Below are positions 50,594 to 61,197 of a stretch of DNA of 64,000 nucleotides, piece by piece. The notes beneath the pieces were generated by a model. That model was not told the DNA's origin and ran no database searches. It saw nothing but the letters and a program-made list of their open reading frames with translations. A program made the position numbers and the translations under genes. Position 1 is the stretch's first letter; each line of letters begins with the position of its first letter. The stretch comes from a virus, in the IMG/VR virus record IMGVR_UViG_3300045988_123906, one strand, 5' to 3'.

Positions 50594-52053
50594 CCAAGGC
50601 GATTGAAAAGATCGAAGCAAATCGTGTACAGGCCGAAGCAAGCTTTGTTTTTTGTCTGTGGAAAGATCCCCAGCGATACGACGATTACAAAAACATCAAC
50701 GAAGGAACAGATAAAACCCTGATCTGTGAAGAACAGGTTTTCTATTTCATGGTCGGTCGCGGCATTCGTCGGCAGGGCTTTTCTAATATCGACAACATCA
50801 CTCTTGATACATATCTGGCGGACAAACCCACACTCCGTCGGCACTACGAAGAACTGAACGGCTGGCGTGCTTGTAAGGCGATGATGGATCTGGTCGATCC
50901 GGAGAACACGGACAGCTATTACAACCAAATCGCCAAAATGAATACGCTCAAAATCTTGGCCACCAAGTATGATGAGCTACTCAGTCACCCGGAGCGCTTT
51001 GATGATGCCACGAATGAAGATGTGTATAACACTTTCGAGCTACTCAATAACAGTGTGGCGCTGACAACCGGCAACGATTCAAAGATCGAAAATCTTGTTG
51101 TTGATGAAAAATACATCCAGCAGTGCAATGCCGGCATGGATCAGGGAATCAGTTATGCAGCCGGAGCACCTCTATTGAATTATCTGACACTTGGAGCTCC
51201 TGTTGGGGATATGTATTTGTTTGCTGGTCACAGCGGCACAGGAAAATCAAGTTTTATCTTTGAAAATATGGTTCTCCCGTTTGCAGAAGGTGGTACAGGC
51301 GTTGCGATTATTTCAAACGAGATGCAGAGCAAGGCATATAAAAACATGTTACTGGTTCACATTCTCACGAAAGAATTGGACTACTGGAAAATCACTCGTA
51401 AAAAGCTCAGTCTTGGCCATTTTAATGAAGAGGAGTTGGAGATGCTTCGTAAGGCAGCAGCCATTACAAAAGAAAAGTATTCCAATATTCGCTTTGTAAA
51501 AATGTTCGAAAACGACACTTCTAAAGTGCTTCAGTATATCAAGCGTCTTGCAAGATCCGGCACAAAGGCAATCATCTATGACACCATGAAATCGGATGAC
51601 GGTATTGACGATAAGATGTGGCAGGCATTGTTGATGAACAGCCGTCGCATTTTTAATACCGTTTCAAAAGAACAGGTCGCTATGATCTGTACTTTCCAGT
51701 TGGCTTTACATACTACGAATCAGCGATGGCTTGATGCAACTTGTCTGTCAAACTCAAAACAGATAAAAGAAGTGGTGGCTCAAGCTGTCTTTGCCAGGGC
51801 ATGTTGGCAGGACGAATATACCGGTGAGAAATTTGATTGTAATCCCTATCGGCGGAATAAGGACAATCCAAAAATCAAAGAGCCATTCATCATGGATAAA
51901 GACAAAAAGTATATGGTTCTTTTTCTGAACAAAACTCGTTCTGATGAAGATGGCCAAACTCTTCTTTATCAGTGGGATTCAGCTTGGAACCGTTGGATCG
52001 AAATTGGTTTCTGTACCATTGTAAATGACCATGGCCAGTACGACCGCAGATAA
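50584..52053 (+). CDS. DnaB-type replicative DNA helicase
   Basis: Walker A AGHSGTGKSS and Walker B AIIYDTMKSD, with an N-terminal helical domain. 489 aa. Confidence 0.75.
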   Translation: MDLTKAIEKIEANRVQAEASFVFCLWKDPQRYDDYKNINEGTDKTLICEEQVFYFMVGRGIRRQGFSNIDNITLDTYLADKPTLRRHYEELNGWRACKAMMDLVDPENTDSYYNQIAKMNTLKILATKYDELLSHPERFDDATNEDVYNTFELLNNSVALTTGNDSKIENLVVDEKYIQQCNAGMDQGISYAAGAPLLNYLTLGAPVGDMYLFAGHSGTGKSSFIFENMVLPFAEGGTGVAIISNEMQSKAYKNMLLVHILTKELDYWKITRKKLSLGHFNEEELEMLRKAAAITKEKYSNIRFVKMFENDTSKVLQYIKRLARSGTKAIIYDTMKSDDGIDDKMWQALLMNSRRIFNTVSKEQVAMICTFQLALHTTNQRWLDATCLSNSKQIKEVVAQAVFARACWQDEYTGEKFDCNPYRRNKDNPKIKEPFIMDKDKKYMVLFLNKTRSDEDGQTLLYQWDSAWNRWIEIGFCTIVNDHGQYDRR

Positions 52054-52077
52054 ATAAGAAGGGAGGCTTCGATATGA

Positions 52078-53097
52078 ATGGATGTCAATGTATTAACGTC
52101 TAAGCTTGAAAATCAGCCAGACAAAATCATTCAGATCCTTGAAGCACTTGGCTTTGAAAATATCAAGTTCAATCCTCTCAAAAATAATCTGCGGTTCGCT
52201 CGGGAAGAGCAGCGAAATCCAACCAGTTGTATGCTCGATTGCGGCACGCTTCGGTTCTTTGTTTTCTCTACAAACCAAAAGGGGAATCTTTTCAGTCTGA
52301 TTATGGATGTCAAAAGATGTTCGTTTCCAGATTCTTTGAAATTCGCTGCACAAAAGGCTGGCATCTCAGAAGAAGAGGTCAACATCAAAACGCATTGGCC
52401 GTTCGGTGGATTCTTTTTAAAACTGATGCCTGACTATGAAGAAGAGATGGAAGATTTAAAAACATACCCGGAGGAGACTCTGGAACCGTATGCCAACAAA
52501 TACAATCTCCGCTTCATCAAAGATGGTATCAGCCTGGATACTCAGCAAAAATTCGGTGTCGGTTATGATGTGGAATCAAATCGAATCACGATCCCAGAGC
52601 GTGCAACTGATGGTTCTTTGGTCGGCATCATGGGCCGCGCAAATTATGAGTGTGAACACGATAAACGCTGGTATCCATTGATCGCTTGTCCACGCAGTAA
52701 AACACTGTTTGGATACTCTGAGAATTATCATCGAATTCAGGAAACAGGGAACATCGTTCTGTTTGAATCTGAAAAGGCAGTCCAGCAGTGCGATTCGTTC
52801 GGCTGCAATATTGCCCTCGCAACGTGCGGCTGTCATGTATCAGATACGCAAACCAAATACATCAAACGAATGCTGCCAAAGAAAATCATTCTGGCTTACG
52901 ATGAAGGGCTTGAAGAAGAGCACCTGGTCAACGAATGCAAAAAACTTATCGTGAACAATCCGATCTTAAAAACAAAGGTTGGATACATTTGGCCTGACGG
53001 GTTGATTCAAGAGGGCTCCAAAATGAATATCGCTGATCTTGGTAAGGATGTCTACAAAGAGGGCGTAACAAAATATGTGAAATGGGTAGAGGAGTGA
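52078..53097 (+). CDS. DNA primase (Toprim domain)
   Basis: Toprim Glu context IVLFESEKAVQQ and acidic ILAYDEG. Lies between the helicase and the nuclease. Confidence 0.65.
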   Translation: MDVNVLTSKLENQPDKIIQILEALGFENIKFNPLKNNLRFAREEQRNPTSCMLDCGTLRFFVFSTNQKGNLFSLIMDVKRCSFPDSLKFAAQKAGISEEEVNIKTHWPFGGFFLKLMPDYEEEMEDLKTYPEETLEPYANKYNLRFIKDGISLDTQQKFGVGYDVESNRITIPERATDGSLVGIMGRANYECEHDKRWYPLIACPRSKTLFGYSENYHRIQETGNIVLFESEKAVQQCDSFGCNIALATCGCHVSDTQTKYIKRMLPKKIILAYDEGLEEEHLVNECKKLIVNNPILKTKVGYIWPDGLIQEGSKMNIADLGKDVYKEGVTKYVKWVEE

Positions 53098-53102
53098 TGT
53101 AA

Positions 53103-54203
53103 ATGGGACAAAGAGTAATAGCCCCTGAGCTACAGGCACTGTATGACAAAGGGGCGCAGGTGTACAGCTATTCAAAGCTCGGCACCATCCATGATTGTCC
53201 GTATAATGCGTATCTTACATATATCGAAAAGCGTGATCAGTGCGCCAATGTGTATTCCTCTCTTGGTACTGTGGTTCACGATACGCTGGAAGGAATTGTT
53301 GAAGGAAAGAACACAGAAGCAGATATCGGTCCTGCTATTGAAAACGGTCTGGACGAACTCGATATGCTTGGGATTGATTTTCCCAAAACGAGAGATGGCG
53401 GCAATGGCATCCGCGATAAATGGATCTCAAACATGCGTTGTATGGCTCGTGATTGGGTCAGTCCAAAAGGAGAGTATGAAATCGAGAAGTTGCTTATTCT
53501 GAAGCTTCGTGATGATCGCTATCTTCAAGGTTATGCGGATTTGATTCGTATTATGCCAGACGGGCGGCTGCAGGTGTTGGATATCAAGACTTCCAGTCAG
53601 TTTAAGGACGAAGATCTGCTTCACTATGGTCGTCAGCTGGTCGCGTACACTCTGGCGCTTGAACAGGCCGGATTTAAAACGGCCGCTCCTTGTTGGATCA
53701 TGGTGAAATACTGCAAAGTCGTTTACCAAACCGGCAAAGGCAAGCTGGCCAAGCAGCAAGAAAAAGTGCTCGACCGGTGCAAAGTTGGCTACACGCTGCG
53801 GTCTACGGTTCGTTCCAAGATGAAAGCCGCCGGGTATGACAGCGAACAGATCGAAATCGTTACCCAGGCATTTATCGAATCGAATGATATCAACGATCTG
53901 CCGGAAGATATTCGCTGCCAGTTCAAATTGACCACATATGTCAGACCATATCCTGTTACCGATGAATTACGCAAAGAATGCATTGATTACATAAACGAAA
54001 CAGCAGATGAATTCGAGGAGCGGCAACGCAGCGGCGAATGGCCTGCACGAGAGATCGAAGAGAAAAATGGCAGTCCCAATTTCTTCTGTACCAATCTCTG
54101 TGGTCATCGCAAAACATGTGAACCGCTTCGGGATTGCATCAACAAGCGGCCGTTTTATGAGGCAAAAGACCCAAGCGTGGTCGGTATAGACGATTTGTTT
54201 TAA
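53103..54203 (+). CDS. PD-(D/E)XK nuclease, Cas4/RecB-like with Fe-S Cys cluster
   Basis: GYADLIRIM..LQVLDIKTS (D...D/ExK). One N-terminal Cys (HDCPYNAY) plus C-terminal CTNLCGHRKTC, matching the Cas4/AddB-type 1+3 Cys pattern. Confidence 0.7.
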   Translation: MGQRVIAPELQALYDKGAQVYSYSKLGTIHDCPYNAYLTYIEKRDQCANVYSSLGTVVHDTLEGIVEGKNTEADIGPAIENGLDELDMLGIDFPKTRDGGNGIRDKWISNMRCMARDWVSPKGEYEIEKLLILKLRDDRYLQGYADLIRIMPDGRLQVLDIKTSSQFKDEDLLHYGRQLVAYTLALEQAGFKTAAPCWIMVKYCKVVYQTGKGKLAKQQEKVLDRCKVGYTLRSTVRSKMKAAGYDSEQIEIVTQAFIESNDINDLPEDIRCQFKLTTYVRPYPVTDELRKECIDYINETADEFEERQRSGEWPAREIEEKNGSPNFFCTNLCGHRKTCEPLRDCINKRPFYEAKDPSVVGIDDLF

Positions 54204-54212
54204 GGAGGATTC

Positions 54213-57200
54213 ATGGAGCAAAACTATGTTGTATACCATTTGCACGACGATAAAGGTTCGCTCCTTGATTCTTGTACAAAATGGGAAGACTATGTTGATC
54301 TTGCTGCTTCTTACGGGATGAAAACGATTGCTTCTACTAACCATGGTTACAACCTTAACTGGACTGAAAAGAAACAGTACGCAGAAAAGAAGGGGTTGAA
54401 ATTTATCGTTGGTTGCGAGGTGTATCTTACTTCTGAGATATATCACTATCCAGAGATTCCAGACGAGGTTTATGAATCTTATCAAGGCTGGGACCCACAG
54501 GAAGCACAAGAGGAAATCGGTAAAATGATGGATGCTGAACGCTATAAAGTTCGCGACAACTTCCACACGATTCTTCTTTGCAAAAATGCTCGTGGTGTTT
54601 TGGAGCTGAACAAGGTGATGGGCACGTCTTATGATGCTGATCACAAGTATTATAAGCCCCGTATCACTTTTGAAGAATTCTTTGGATTGTCTGATAACAT
54701 CATCAAAATCTCTGCCTGTTTGGCAAGCCCGCTTCGTAAATATACGTCAGAATGTGATGGATTTCGTCAGGAAGTCTATGACAAACTATGCAAGACCTAT
54801 GACTATTATGAGATTCAGTATCACGATTGTGACGATCAAAAAGAGTATAACCAGTATCTCTGGGAGCTTTCTAAGAAATATCACAAGCCACTGATTGCAG
54901 CAACTGACACCCACAGTCTGAATGCGTATAAAGCAGAGTGCCGCAAGATCCTTATGATGGGCAAGGGAATCGAGTTCACTGGTGAGGACGAATTTGATTT
55001 GACCTTCAAGTCTTACAATGAGCTGGTCGACGCGTTCACTGTGCAAGATGCACTCCCTCGTGAAGTCTGGATGGAAGCAATCGAGAATACGAATCGGATG
55101 GCAGATAGTGTCACTGATTTCACTCTAAGCACAAAGGCACGATATCCCATTTTGACCGGGACTTCTGAATCAGATGCCAATGTTTATATCAAACGTACCC
55201 ATGATATGCTGAACGACAAAATTCGTCGCGGTATCATTCCTGAATATGAAGTCGCCCAGTTTAAGGCAGATGTTGAAGAGGAGCTTACAGTCTTTAAGAA
55301 AACCAACATGCTGGGCTTTATGCTTTCTATGAGCGACCTGATGATTTGGGGTAAAAATGAAGGCATTCCATTTGGACCAAGTCGTGGTTCTGTTGCAGGT
55401 TCCCGGTGTGCATTCGTTACAGACATTATTGATGTTGACCCGGCTCGCTGGAATCTGGTGTTCTCGCGCTTCTGCAATGAAAACCGTGTTGAGATTGGTG
55501 ATATTGATATCGATGTGCCGGATGCTTATCGTCCCATGATTTACAACCACATCTTTGAATCGTTCGGTCGTGAGAAGTGTGCGTATGTTCTGGCTATGGG
55601 TACTTTGGCAGGAAAAGCGACAATCGACGAGATTGGACGAGCTCTTGCAAAGGTCTGGAAGCGTGAAAATCCGGATGCAGACGAATCTAAGAATCCTTAT
55701 TCCCTTGATCGGATCGCAAAAGTGAAAAAGGAATACGATGCCAGTGCTGAAAAGTGCCGTGCAGACCATCCTGATATCTTCTACTACTTCGATGGATTGC
55801 AGGGAACAATTGTATCGCTGTCTCACCATCCCGCCGGCGTTATCATCGCTCCAATCGACCTCTATAAAAGGTATGGGGTCTTCCAAGATAAAGACGGGCT
55901 GCCCATTCTGTGTCTTGACATGGAAGCGTCTCATGCAGTCGGTCTGGCAAAGTACGATATCCTCGGTCTTGATACAGTGTCTGTTATTGATAAGACCTGT
56001 AAGCTGGCTGATATTCCGTACCCACACACCTGGGAGATGAATTTCGATGATCAAAATGTTTGGGCAGATATGAAAACGTCTCCGGTTGGTATTTTTCAGT
56101 TCGTTGAAGACTTCGCTTTTGATTCGCTCAAAAAATATGACGTTCACAGCATTGCAGATTTGAGCTTGGTCACAGCAGCTATTCGACCCGGCGGTGCTTC
56201 TTACAGAGACAAGCTCTTCCGGCATGAAGCAAATCACAATCCGTCGCCTGAAATCGACGAGCTGTTAAAAGATAGCCTGGGCTGGCTTGTCTTTCAGGAA
56301 CAGACCATTGCATTCCTCCAACGGTTCTGTGATATGAGCGGCGGTGATGCAGATAGTGTTCGCCGTGCAATCGGTCATAAGAACAAAGCGGAGTTGGATG
56401 CGGCAATGCCTCGTATCTTGAATGGATATTGTAATCACTCAACGAAGCCAAGAGAAACCGCCGAAACAGAGGCAAAAGAATTCTTACAGGTCATCGAGAA
56501 CTCGGCCTCGTATCAGTTTGGTTTGAATCATGCTACCGGGTACTCTATCCTTACATACTATTGTGCGTATTATCGCTATTACTACACCCACGAATTTGTA
56601 ACGGCACTTCTGAACACTGCGGACACGCAAGAAAAAATCGTCAATGCGACCAAGCTTGCGAACGAACGTGGCATCCAGATCATGCCAATCAAGTTCCGCC
56701 ATTCCCGGGATGAATATGTCTACGATAAGACAGATAAGAAAATCTATCAGGGGATGGAATCTATCAAGTACCTGAACAAGCGGCTCAGTCGGGAGTTTTA
56801 TAAGCTCCGCAACCATAAATTCGATTCTTTCGTTGACTTGTTGTTGATGAACCAGAAAAGAAAAATTGCGGACAGTCGGCAGTTAGGGATTCTAATTGAG
56901 CTTGATTTCTTTTCTGAATTCGGCAATCCCAATCAGTTGTTGGAACAGGTTGATATCTTCAATAACTTCCTTGATGCAAAACAGCTCAATAAGGACGAGA
57001 TGGACAAGCTTCTGTCTCACGACATCATGGCCAAACTGTGTGAGAAAGAGACCGAAAAGAAATATGTTAACGTAGACTGGATGAAAATCGTTCGGCTGCT
57101 CTGCGAAAAAACATATACCGTAAAGACTCCTATCACTGACAGAATAAAGTATGAGGGTGACAACCTTGGCTACATCCAGCTTACAATGCCGAAGCTCAAA

Positions 57201-57461
57201 GATTCTTACATCTACGTCTTGGATATTGATGGTAAGTTCGCCAATAAAACTGTAAGCGCCTACGTCCTCAAAACCGGTCAACAGCGTCGGCTTAAGGTGA
57301 AAGGCCGCACTCTGGAAGCTGCTCCCATCGAGAAAGGCGACATCCTTCGCATTGATGAAGAGCGGGATGAAGGCCGCTGGTCAAAAGACGAGCAGGGTCA
57401 GTGGATTCAGTCTAAGACCGATAAAGAAACGATTCTTCGTAAATACGTTCATGTGCGGTGA
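54213..57461 (+). CDS. dnaE: DNA polymerase III alpha subunit (DnaE type)
   Basis: PHP domain start YHLHDDKGSLLDS, palm motifs GPSRGSVAGS and GDIDIDV. 1082 aa. Confidence 0.85.
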   Translation: MEQNYVVYHLHDDKGSLLDSCTKWEDYVDLAASYGMKTIASTNHGYNLNWTEKKQYAEKKGLKFIVGCEVYLTSEIYHYPEIPDEVYESYQGWDPQEAQEEIGKMMDAERYKVRDNFHTILLCKNARGVLELNKVMGTSYDADHKYYKPRITFEEFFGLSDNIIKISACLASPLRKYTSECDGFRQEVYDKLCKTYDYYEIQYHDCDDQKEYNQYLWELSKKYHKPLIAATDTHSLNAYKAECRKILMMGKGIEFTGEDEFDLTFKSYNELVDAFTVQDALPREVWMEAIENTNRMADSVTDFTLSTKARYPILTGTSESDANVYIKRTHDMLNDKIRRGIIPEYEVAQFKADVEEELTVFKKTNMLGFMLSMSDLMIWGKNEGIPFGPSRGSVAGSRCAFVTDIIDVDPARWNLVFSRFCNENRVEIGDIDIDVPDAYRPMIYNHIFESFGREKCAYVLAMGTLAGKATIDEIGRALAKVWKRENPDADESKNPYSLDRIAKVKKEYDASAEKCRADHPDIFYYFDGLQGTIVSLSHHPAGVIIAPIDLYKRYGVFQDKDGLPILCLDMEASHAVGLAKYDILGLDTVSVIDKTCKLADIPYPHTWEMNFDDQNVWADMKTSPVGIFQFVEDFAFDSLKKYDVHSIADLSLVTAAIRPGGASYRDKLFRHEANHNPSPEIDELLKDSLGWLVFQEQTIAFLQRFCDMSGGDADSVRRAIGHKNKAELDAAMPRILNGYCNHSTKPRETAETEAKEFLQVIENSASYQFGLNHATGYSILTYYCAYYRYYYTHEFVTALLNTADTQEKIVNATKLANERGIQIMPIKFRHSRDEYVYDKTDKKIYQGMESIKYLNKRLSREFYKLRNHKFDSFVDLLLMNQKRKIADSRQLGILIELDFFSEFGNPNQLLEQVDIFNNFLDAKQLNKDEMDKLLSHDIMAKLCEKETEKKYVNVDWMKIVRLLCEKTYTVKTPITDRIKYEGDNLGYIQLTMPKLKDSYIYVLDIDGKFANKTVSAYVLKTGQQRRLKVKGRTLEAAPIEKGDILRIDEERDEGRWSKDEQGQWIQSKTDKETILRKYVHVR

Positions 57462-57475
57462 AAGGAGGTGACAAA

Positions 57476-58045
57476 GTGACATATAACGAAATCACTCAGA
57501 TCCTCAAGTCAATGGTGATTATTGTGGATGACCGCGAAAAGGACACTCCACTTCTTCATCAGCGGCTCTCATCGTTCCCGTGTGCTTATATGCGTAAGCG
57601 GCTGGACTTTGGTGATTATAGTGCTGAGGTGACACTGCCAAATGGCGAAAAATTCTCGTTGGCAGATAAGGCGACCATTGAAAGAAAAAATTCCATAGAT
57701 GAAATCTGCGGCAACTTCACAACGAATCGAATTCGGTTCGCCAAAGAGTTCGACAGGGCGGCGGCTGCCGGAGCAAAAACTTACATACTCATTGAAAACG
57801 GTTCATGGGAAAAGATCAATCGCGGTGCATATCGCAGTAAAATGACACCCGCTTCACTGCTGGGCAGTCTCACCACATGGCTTGCTCGATATAATTGCCA
57901 GATCATCTTTTGTGAGCCGGATACCACATCATGGCTGATCCATGCGTTTCTTCTCCACGAAATGCGTGAAGCGCTGACCCATTATGAACTACCGCAAAAA
58001 CCCAAGAGAACAAGAAAGGGGACTGAAGATGACATCATCACTTGA
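57476..58045 (+). CDS. ERCC4/Mus81-type structure-specific nuclease (GTG start)
   Basis: VDDREK, FGDYS and IERKNSIDE match the ERCC4 ERK motif. aaaggagg RBS 7 nt before GTG 57476. Confidence 0.7.
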   Translation: MTYNEITQILKSMVIIVDDREKDTPLLHQRLSSFPCAYMRKRLDFGDYSAEVTLPNGEKFSLADKATIERKNSIDEICGNFTTNRIRFAKEFDRAAAAGAKTYILIENGSWEKINRGAYRSKMTPASLLGSLTTWLARYNCQIIFCEPDTTSWLIHAFLLHEMREALTHYELPQKPKRTRKGTEDDIIT

Positions 58046-59399
58046 TTTTGAAGGTGAGCTGATTCTGGACGGTGTGCTGCTTGACAAGCTGGAAACACTG
58101 ACAAAAAAGCTTCAGAAGGCCACAAAAAAGACCGATAAGGCAACAATCTTGTTGGATGCTAAGAACGAGATTGGTGAGAATACGTTGTTTTTCTTCCTTG
58201 ATTTCATTCTCGATCCGCAGATCACAACAGGGATCTCTAAGGCCAAGATCAACAAAAAGGTGCGAATCGTGGATGAATTTCCACACACTTTCCAAGATAT
58301 CTGCTTATTCCTGGCGGAGTGCAACACCGGCTCTGACATGGCTTTGTCAATGGCAGCCAGTTATATCTACTGGAATGCTTCACATAAAGATTTTCTGATT
58401 CGAGTGTTCACTAAGAATTTGCCTCTGGGTGTTGAAGCTGCTACGGTCAATAAGATTTTTGGCAAAGTGGTCATTCCGGTCTGGGAAGTCCAGCAGGGAT
58501 ATCCTATCGATAAAGTCAAACTCAAGCCTGGAACCTGGTTCAGTCTCAGCCGCAAGATGAATGGTAACAGGGGCACCTTCTACCGTGGCAAGTTCATTTC
58601 TCGTCAGGGACAAGAGTTTACCGGTCTCGACCATATTAAGGACGACATCATCAAAGAACTTGGCGATGAATCGCTGATTGATGAATACGTCTACGATGGC
58701 GAGCTGGTGTATCGTAATAGCAGAGGGCTATCAGACGGCGAGGCATTTCGGGTTGGCACTGGTATGTTGAACTCGGATGGAGATAAAAGCCAGATCAAGT
58801 TCGTTGTGTTTGATTTGATTCCTACTGATGAGTTTGAGAACGGCAAAGGCAGCCTTCCTTATGAAGATGGTTCTTTTGTTACGCCATATAAACTCCGTCG
58901 TAAATGGCTTGAAGATTTAGCTGTTACGATCGAGCAGAAAGGGCTTAAAAACATCCAGGTCGTGCCGATGGTATATGAAGGTACTGATCAAAGTGTGATT
59001 CCTCAGTGGCTCGATTATGCAGTCAAACATGATTGGGAAGGGCTTATGCTTAATACATCGGTTCCTTATAAGCGGGCGCGTCACACGGGCTGTCTCAAAA
59101 TCAAGCGTTTTTATACTGTTGATCTTCGTGTCACTGCAATTGAAGAGGGTCAGAACCGTCTGGCTGGTACGATGGGCGCTCTGGTTGTTGACTACAAGGG
59201 CAACGAGCTTCGTGTTGGTTCCGGTTTTGATGATGCTACGAGAGCTACCGTGTGGGCGAATCAGGGTGATTATATCGGACGTATCATCGAATTAAAGTAC
59301 AAAGAGGTCACGATGGATAAAAAGACCGGCCTTGAGTCCCTGCAATTCCCGACCTTTGTGCGATTCCGTGATGATAAGAACGAAGTAAGCTACGGCTAA
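58029..59399 (+). CDS. ATP-dependent DNA ligase
   Basis: Adenylation-lysine context SRKMNGNRG (KxxG), EGLMLN, and CLKIKRF (motif V-like). 456 aa from ATG 58029. Confidence 0.75.
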   Translation: MTSSLDFEGELILDGVLLDKLETLTKKLQKATKKTDKATILLDAKNEIGENTLFFFLDFILDPQITTGISKAKINKKVRIVDEFPHTFQDICLFLAECNTGSDMALSMAASYIYWNASHKDFLIRVFTKNLPLGVEAATVNKIFGKVVIPVWEVQQGYPIDKVKLKPGTWFSLSRKMNGNRGTFYRGKFISRQGQEFTGLDHIKDDIIKELGDESLIDEYVYDGELVYRNSRGLSDGEAFRVGTGMLNSDGDKSQIKFVVFDLIPTDEFENGKGSLPYEDGSFVTPYKLRRKWLEDLAVTIEQKGLKNIQVVPMVYEGTDQSVIPQWLDYAVKHDWEGLMLNTSVPYKRARHTGCLKIKRFYTVDLRVTAIEEGQNRLAGTMGALVVDYKGNELRVGSGFDDATRATVWANQGDYIGRIIELKYKEVTMDKKTGLESLQFPTFVRFRDDKNEVSYG

Positions 59400-59409
59400 G
59401 GAGAAAGTT

Positions 59410-59682
59410 ATGAATCTTTCTAAGAAGTCCATTAAGCACATTCTTCGGATTTTGGACAACAAATGTATCGAGGTTCCTACAAAGACATTCGCCTATAGCA
59501 GCGGTGGACGTAGAATTTTGACTCGTGATTTTGAGCCAAAGAAGTCACACGGAATGAATGACTGGCAGCGAATCGTCTATATACCGTCCGAAGGATATTT
59601 CTACGGAATTTATAATGGAAAATCGGAAGAAGATTGGGATATTCCAGATATCTGGTCTCCTGCTCAGCTTGCTGATTTGTGA
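59410..59682 (+). CDS. hypothetical protein (90 aa)
   Basis: aaggag RBS upstream. No motif recognised. Confidence 0.55.
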   Translation: MNLSKKSIKHILRILDNKCIEVPTKTFAYSSGGRRILTRDFEPKKSHGMNDWQRIVYIPSEGYFYGIYNGKSEEDWDIPDIWSPAQLADL

Positions 59683-59690
59683 GGTGTCTT

Positions 59691-59933
59691 ATGGTTGATT
59701 TCAGTAAATTAGCCGTCCCAAAGAAAGAACGACTTGAAGTTCAACTTACCGATGGCACAGAAGAACATAATATCAACTACGTCATTACGTCTCTGGCTAC
59801 GATCAAAGGCGATAAGATCTATAAAAACTTCCGTCTATATTCTGTGGCCGATGATGGCCAATTGACTCAGCTGGAAAAACGGGATGGCGACCCATATTTC
59901 GAGGTGCTGAAAGGAACGGTGTATGAACAATGA
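59691..59933 (+). CDS. hypothetical protein (80 aa)
   Basis: gaggtg RBS before ATG 59691. No motif recognised. Confidence 0.5.
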   Translation: MVDFSKLAVPKKERLEVQLTDGTEEHNINYVITSLATIKGDKIYKNFRLYSVADDGQLTQLEKRDGDPYFEVLKGTVYEQ

Positions 59934-60135
59934 GAAGTGGCTTTTTGAAAGGTATCGACAAGCATTACGAGAAATCACCATCGCCCAAAATCATTTTGAG
60001 TGTTGCGAGTCTGATTATATCGATTGCGCAATTGATGATCTCGTTCACGCTGAGAAAGCTTTCGATCGAATCTTAAAGGAGATTCGCAATGAAAAATTGG
60101 ACACGTCGATATCTGAAACTTCATTATCAAGATGA
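59923..60135 (+). CDS. hypothetical protein (70 aa)
   Basis: Overlaps its neighbours. No motif recognised. Confidence 0.45.
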   Translation: MNNEKWLFERYRQALREITIAQNHFECCESDYIDCAIDDLVHAEKAFDRILKEIRNEKLDTSISETSLSR

Positions 60136-60292
60136 ATCTCTCTGTTGGCGGCTTCGCTATGGAGAACGCTTCGAAATCGTCGCAGAACTGGATGAATTTT
60201 ATTTCCTCTGGGCACATGGCACGATGATTGCATTCCCCAAGTATGGCAAGTACGCATACGACATTGAAACAGAGATCGTAAATACCGAATAA
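60089..60292 (+). CDS. hypothetical protein (67 aa)
   Basis: aaggag RBS 7 nt upstream. Overlaps the previous ORF by 47 nt. Confidence 0.5.
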   Translation: MKNWTRRYLKLHYQDESLCWRLRYGERFEIVAELDEFYFLWAHGTMIAFPKYGKYAYDIETEIVNTE

Positions 60293-60310
60293 GGAGGGAG
60301 GTGAGGTCCC

Positions 60311-60496
60311 ATGCGAGGGATCAATCAAAGAGAGCTTGGCCGTAAAGAACGTGCCACAGCAGAATGCGAGCGTCAGATTCGGCGCTACGGATATGAATGT
60401 GGCGAGGTTATTACATATAAATTGTCGCCTGAACAAATGAAACAGGTTTTGACAGGCAGAAAAACAGTGAATGATTTTATCAAGGAGGGGCAGTAA
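60311..60496 (+). CDS. hypothetical basic protein (61 aa)
   Basis: ggagggagg RBS upstream. No motif recognised. Confidence 0.5.
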   Translation: MRGINQRELGRKERATAECERQIRRYGYECGEVITYKLSPEQMKQVLTGRKTVNDFIKEGQ

Positions 60497-61186
60497 ATGA
60501 AAGTCGAATTGATTTCATATTCACAGCCGGCAAAGAAAGATGCAGACAAGAATCCGCTCAGTATCGCAGAGCTGGCCGCAAGCGTTTGTTATGATTCTGA
60601 GCCGACCGAGACTTATCGAATCGCAAAGGGATGTAGGGCGACCGGACACACCTCGGTGCTTGAACACATCAGCTTTACGTTCCATGTCACCGGTGTCAGT
60701 CGAGCACTTCTGGCGCAGTTGAGCCGCCATCGGCATATCAGTCTGAGTGTTCGCAGTCAGCGCTATTGTGATGAAAGTGTTATGCAGTATGTCAATCCAT
60801 TCAGTGGAGAAGACGCAGATGTATTTGATGGCATGATGGCAGATATCGCCAATGACTATCGCATCTTAAAAGAGTATCACGGTGCTGCCAACGAAGACGC
60901 TCGTGCTGTTTTGCCGAATGCCTGCTGTACTGAACTTTATGTCACCATCAACGCACGGTCACTGATTGAAATGAGCCACCTGCGGCTCTGCACTCGTGCC
61001 CAGCGTGAGATCCGGGGATTGTTTATGGCAATCAAATTCCAGGTTTCTCAGGTTTGCCCCGAACTCGGCGCATGGATGGTTCCGTCCTGTGAAGCGAATC
61101 CTAAGTATCCGTTCTGTCCCGAGGGGAGCCGCTGCTGTGGCCGCCATCCGAAGCTGGCAGATGTTTATAAAACTATTGAGAAGTAA
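60497..61186 (+). CDS. thyX: FAD-dependent thymidylate synthase
   Basis: ThyX signature RHRHISLSVRSQRY (RHRxxSxxxxSQRY). 229 aa. Confidence 0.9.
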   Translation: MKVELISYSQPAKKDADKNPLSIAELAASVCYDSEPTETYRIAKGCRATGHTSVLEHISFTFHVTGVSRALLAQLSRHRHISLSVRSQRYCDESVMQYVNPFSGEDADVFDGMMADIANDYRILKEYHGAANEDARAVLPNACCTELYVTINARSLIEMSHLRLCTRAQREIRGLFMAIKFQVSQVCPELGAWMVPSCEANPKYPFCPEGSRCCGRHPKLADVYKTIEK

Positions 61187-61197
61187 GGAGCGTACAT